Below, piece after piece: positions 61,186-64,000 of a stretch of 64,000 bases of DNA. The position numbers and the translations under genes were made by a program. The first letter of the stretch is position 1. The number at the start of each line of letters is the position of its first letter. This stretch comes from Selaginella moellendorffii (lineage: Eukaryota > Plantae > Lycopodiophyta), in assembly GCF_000143415.4 (NCBI RefSeq), contig NW_003314266.1, positions 2,684,414 through 2,748,413 on the forward strand. Reading direction: 5' to 3'. The notes below the pieces were generated by a model. It ran no database searches. It was given only the letters and a program-made list of their open reading frames with translations, and had not been told where the DNA came from.

Positions 61186-63511
61186 CTAGCTTATTGCCAC
61201 AGCTATGGGACTTCGCACGCTGTGTTTTCCATCGTCCCAAGTGAGCGACGAGAAAGCCCATGGATTCGAAGCAATGGGCTCTTTTGAAGAACTCAGGGAG
61301 ATCGTGACGTTGAAGGAGAGCTTCTCCCCCTGGTTCAAGAACTTGAGCTCCTGCGGAGAGACGGTGATGCTGAGCCGCGAATCGCTGGGAGCCTCCACTC
61401 GTGCCTTGTAGATTGAGCTCGCATCGCCAACGTTTGTCACTGTTCGCGGGATCGTCGCACTCTTGACAACGCTGATGTTGAATCCGATGGAGGGATAGTT
61501 GAGGCTGGCGGGAGTGCTGGTGCCGTCGGGGCAGGAGGTAGCAGTGTCTCCTGTGATGTTTTGGACTTGCTTGGAGGAGTAGCCGGTGCTGCAAAGGTAG
61601 AGGATGTAGTCCGAGATAGCCGTCTCGTAGACCAATCCCGGATCGATGGCTTTCATCGGCTGGATCACTCCGGCACCAATGCTGAAGGAGTCTCCTGGCG
61701 ATCCGTCGCTCTCTGTGATGGGCTTGCCGGTGTTGTCGAGATACCTCGCTGCGTACGAGAAATAGCATCAGTCACTTCTCGTTCCTATTTGTAATTTCTT
61801 ACCTGTTGTCATGATCGCGGACTTGATCGCCGCCGGACTCCAGCTTGGATGAATCGACTTGACGAAAGCAGCCGTACCGGTTGCGTGAGGACAGGCAAAG
61901 GAAGTTCCCGACGCGATAGCAAAGTTGGTACGCACGAACGTCCCATTTGGATCCATTGCTACGCTTCCACCGCTCCATGCTGCCAAGATGCTCACGCCTG
62001 GAGCACTCACGTCCGGCTGAGAAAGTGTTCTTCAAGACCAAAAAAAAAAAAAAGACAAAGAACATATACCTTTATAATGTCGGGACTGATAATGTTCGGT
62101 CCTCTGGAAGAGAAGTCTCCAGCCACCGGTGCGGGCTTTATAGGAAACCGTGTCGAGTTTCTGGGAAAACAAAGTATCAGTCACGTAACCAACGTAGAAA
62201 TATAGACTCACGGCGTGATCTCTCGATCGATGGAGCTGGCACCAACAGTAAGTATCCAAGGAGCTATGTTGGTCACTGTTCCTTTGATCGGCCCAGAGTT
62301 TCCACAAGCACACGAGACTAAGATGCCTTTCTCCAATGCATGGAAGGCACCAATCGCGATAATGTCGACGTTATACGGCAGAGGTACGTCGCCAAGCGAG
62401 AGCGATATCACGTCTACTCCATCGTGAATTGCGTCGTCTAGAGCCGCTACAATGTCGATATCGTAGCACTGGAAAGTCCAGCACACCTTGTACGCAGAGA
62501 TCCTGGCACTGCGAAGACCACCTCTAGCAGTTCCTGAAGCTAGTCCTTCCATGCTCGCGTTGGCCACTGCCATACCAGCCCCAATGGAAGCTGTGCCCGT
62601 TCCATGGCCATCAAAGTCTCTAGGATTGCTGTATGCCACCGAAGCGTTTGGGGACAGGCCGGCTCTGTAGTATTTCGCACCTATGACTTTCCTGGCGATA
62701 TGATACACACAAAATTCAGAAAAAGAAAGCGATGGAGTGGAGTGCGCGCAAAATGCCTCGTACCTGTTACAGTGTACTACCACTGAAGCGTTCGTTTTCG
62801 GATCATTGACGCAAGAGCCCTTCCATTTCGCCGGAACTGGTTTCATTCCATCGTCACGGAAGCTTTCGGATTCAGGCCATATACCTGTGCACTGTGTAAG
62901 AGTGTGATCCAGCAAATTTCTTCATACCTGTGTCAAGGACTCCAATTATTACATCACTGGAGTCCTCATCCAGAATTCTATGCTCGGACAACAGACTTGC
63001 TGCTTTTGACTCTGCGTCAATCGGAAGGCCCAAGAAATCCCACGAGCGAGTTGTAAAGAGCCGACGAACTCTGTTGGGATGAACACTGAGAACTTCCGGC
63101 ATTCCTACAGAACAGGAAAGAAACTGTTACGTAAGAGAGTACTAATGTTGCCAGCACGTACTGGATAGCTTATCAGCTTGTTCTTTTGTAAGTCTAGCTG
63201 AGAATCCGCTAAATACATACTTGTAACTATAGATCATCGCTGCCGAGGCCACCTCCATGCTAGAGACCAGAAAAGTAAAAAATCTTGGATCAGACTGCTA
63301 CTATCAAACCTTCCGGTTGCTTTCACGAGAAGATCATAGTGAGTTGTGGTCAGTGTGTCGGCAGATATCCCCTTTTTACCTCCAAGGTACACAATATACG
63401 GCTGCAAGACGTTTAATAATCAAAAGAAAGTAACAAGAAGCAAACCTTCAACGAGCTGGAAACATCTCCTTTGCAGCAACACACAAAGAACACAAATAAG
63501 AAGAGCCGCAT
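61186..63511 (-). CDS. Subtilisin-like serine protease (S8) with I9 prodomain and FnIII domain but no PA domain, multi-exon
   Basis: Signal peptide [28 protein letters not shown]; catalytic [13 protein letters not shown] and SGTSFACPH; LNYPS, RTVTNVG, HSVRSPI. Confidence 0.9.
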
Positions 63512-63684
63512 TTTCGACTTTGTTCCACAAGCCCTCGAAGCAAGTGTATCGATTTGAATAAATCGACATTGACGGTGCGTCCTCACTGCAAGCAACAAAA
63601 GTGAACTGTAGTATAGAGGATGCTCCTACAATATCCAAAAGCCTTGCACCAGATAAACAGTGTTAATGTTTCATAAAAGGTACC

Positions 63685-64000
63685 TTAGACGACAGGAGGG
63701 ATAAGCTATTGCGACGTCTCACCGAGGTTGAAGGATGGGAATGAAAATACCAAGCACCTAGAAAACCATCAGCGTCGTGAAAGAGCTCTACAGAACGAAC
63801 GTACCGGGATGAGTAAGAATCTCACCCATCAAGCAGTGCCCAGGAGGATCCAAGAGATTAAACGTCGAAGCCAGTGACGAGTTGGAGTTCCCAAGCCCAC
63901 GTCGGACCACGAAAAAGTCGAAACCATGGAGGTGCATGGGGTGAGATTCCGCTATCACAAGGCTGGTCCCTTGAGGAATAACCTGCATCCTCGTTCTATA
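63685..64000 (-). pseudogene. Laccase 3' end, degenerate (5' part outside the window)
   Basis: The L3 motif ESHPMHLHGFDFFVV and FNLLDPP are present, but RNTxxVP is missing. The last exon reads GAWYFHSH instead of GxWxxHCH and then loses homology. Confidence 0.75.

Overview
Eukaryotic (land-plant) genomic DNA. It is very gene-dense, with short (~50-70 nt) GT-AG introns and an intronless PLS-type PPR gene; this style suggests a lycophyte such as Selaginella (inference). Two gene-rich blocks flank an AT-rich, CpG-depleted island. Block 1 (1-31.5 kb): NOP56, two tandem secreted polyamine oxidases, a SCO protein, two orphan genes, a PurN relic, a PPR-E gene, a BK/Slo-type K+ channel, glyoxalase I, COX15, TTM1/2 and a transportin/importin-13-like gene. 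Island (~31.7-50 kb): decayed gypsy fragments, two copies of a short-LTR (TRIM-like) element, a fold-back repeat, an intact secreted bulb-lectin ORF, and a hypermutated partial copy of the transportin gene split by three insertions, one a full-length chromovirus. Block 2 (50-64 kb): a myosin-TH1/Akt-like AGC kinase, an LBD factor, PIG-A, an RFRPIAP-motif protein, PIG-S, a CAMK-group kinase, a PA-less subtilase and a laccase pseudogene. The most notable observations are the TH1-AGC kinase fusion, the BK channel lacking a Ca2+ bowl, the HCC2-like SCO that keeps its copper ligands, the TRIM/chromovirus shared termini, and pervasive C>T/G>A decay of duplicated DNA. All calls come from manual reading; exon boundaries are hand-inferred.
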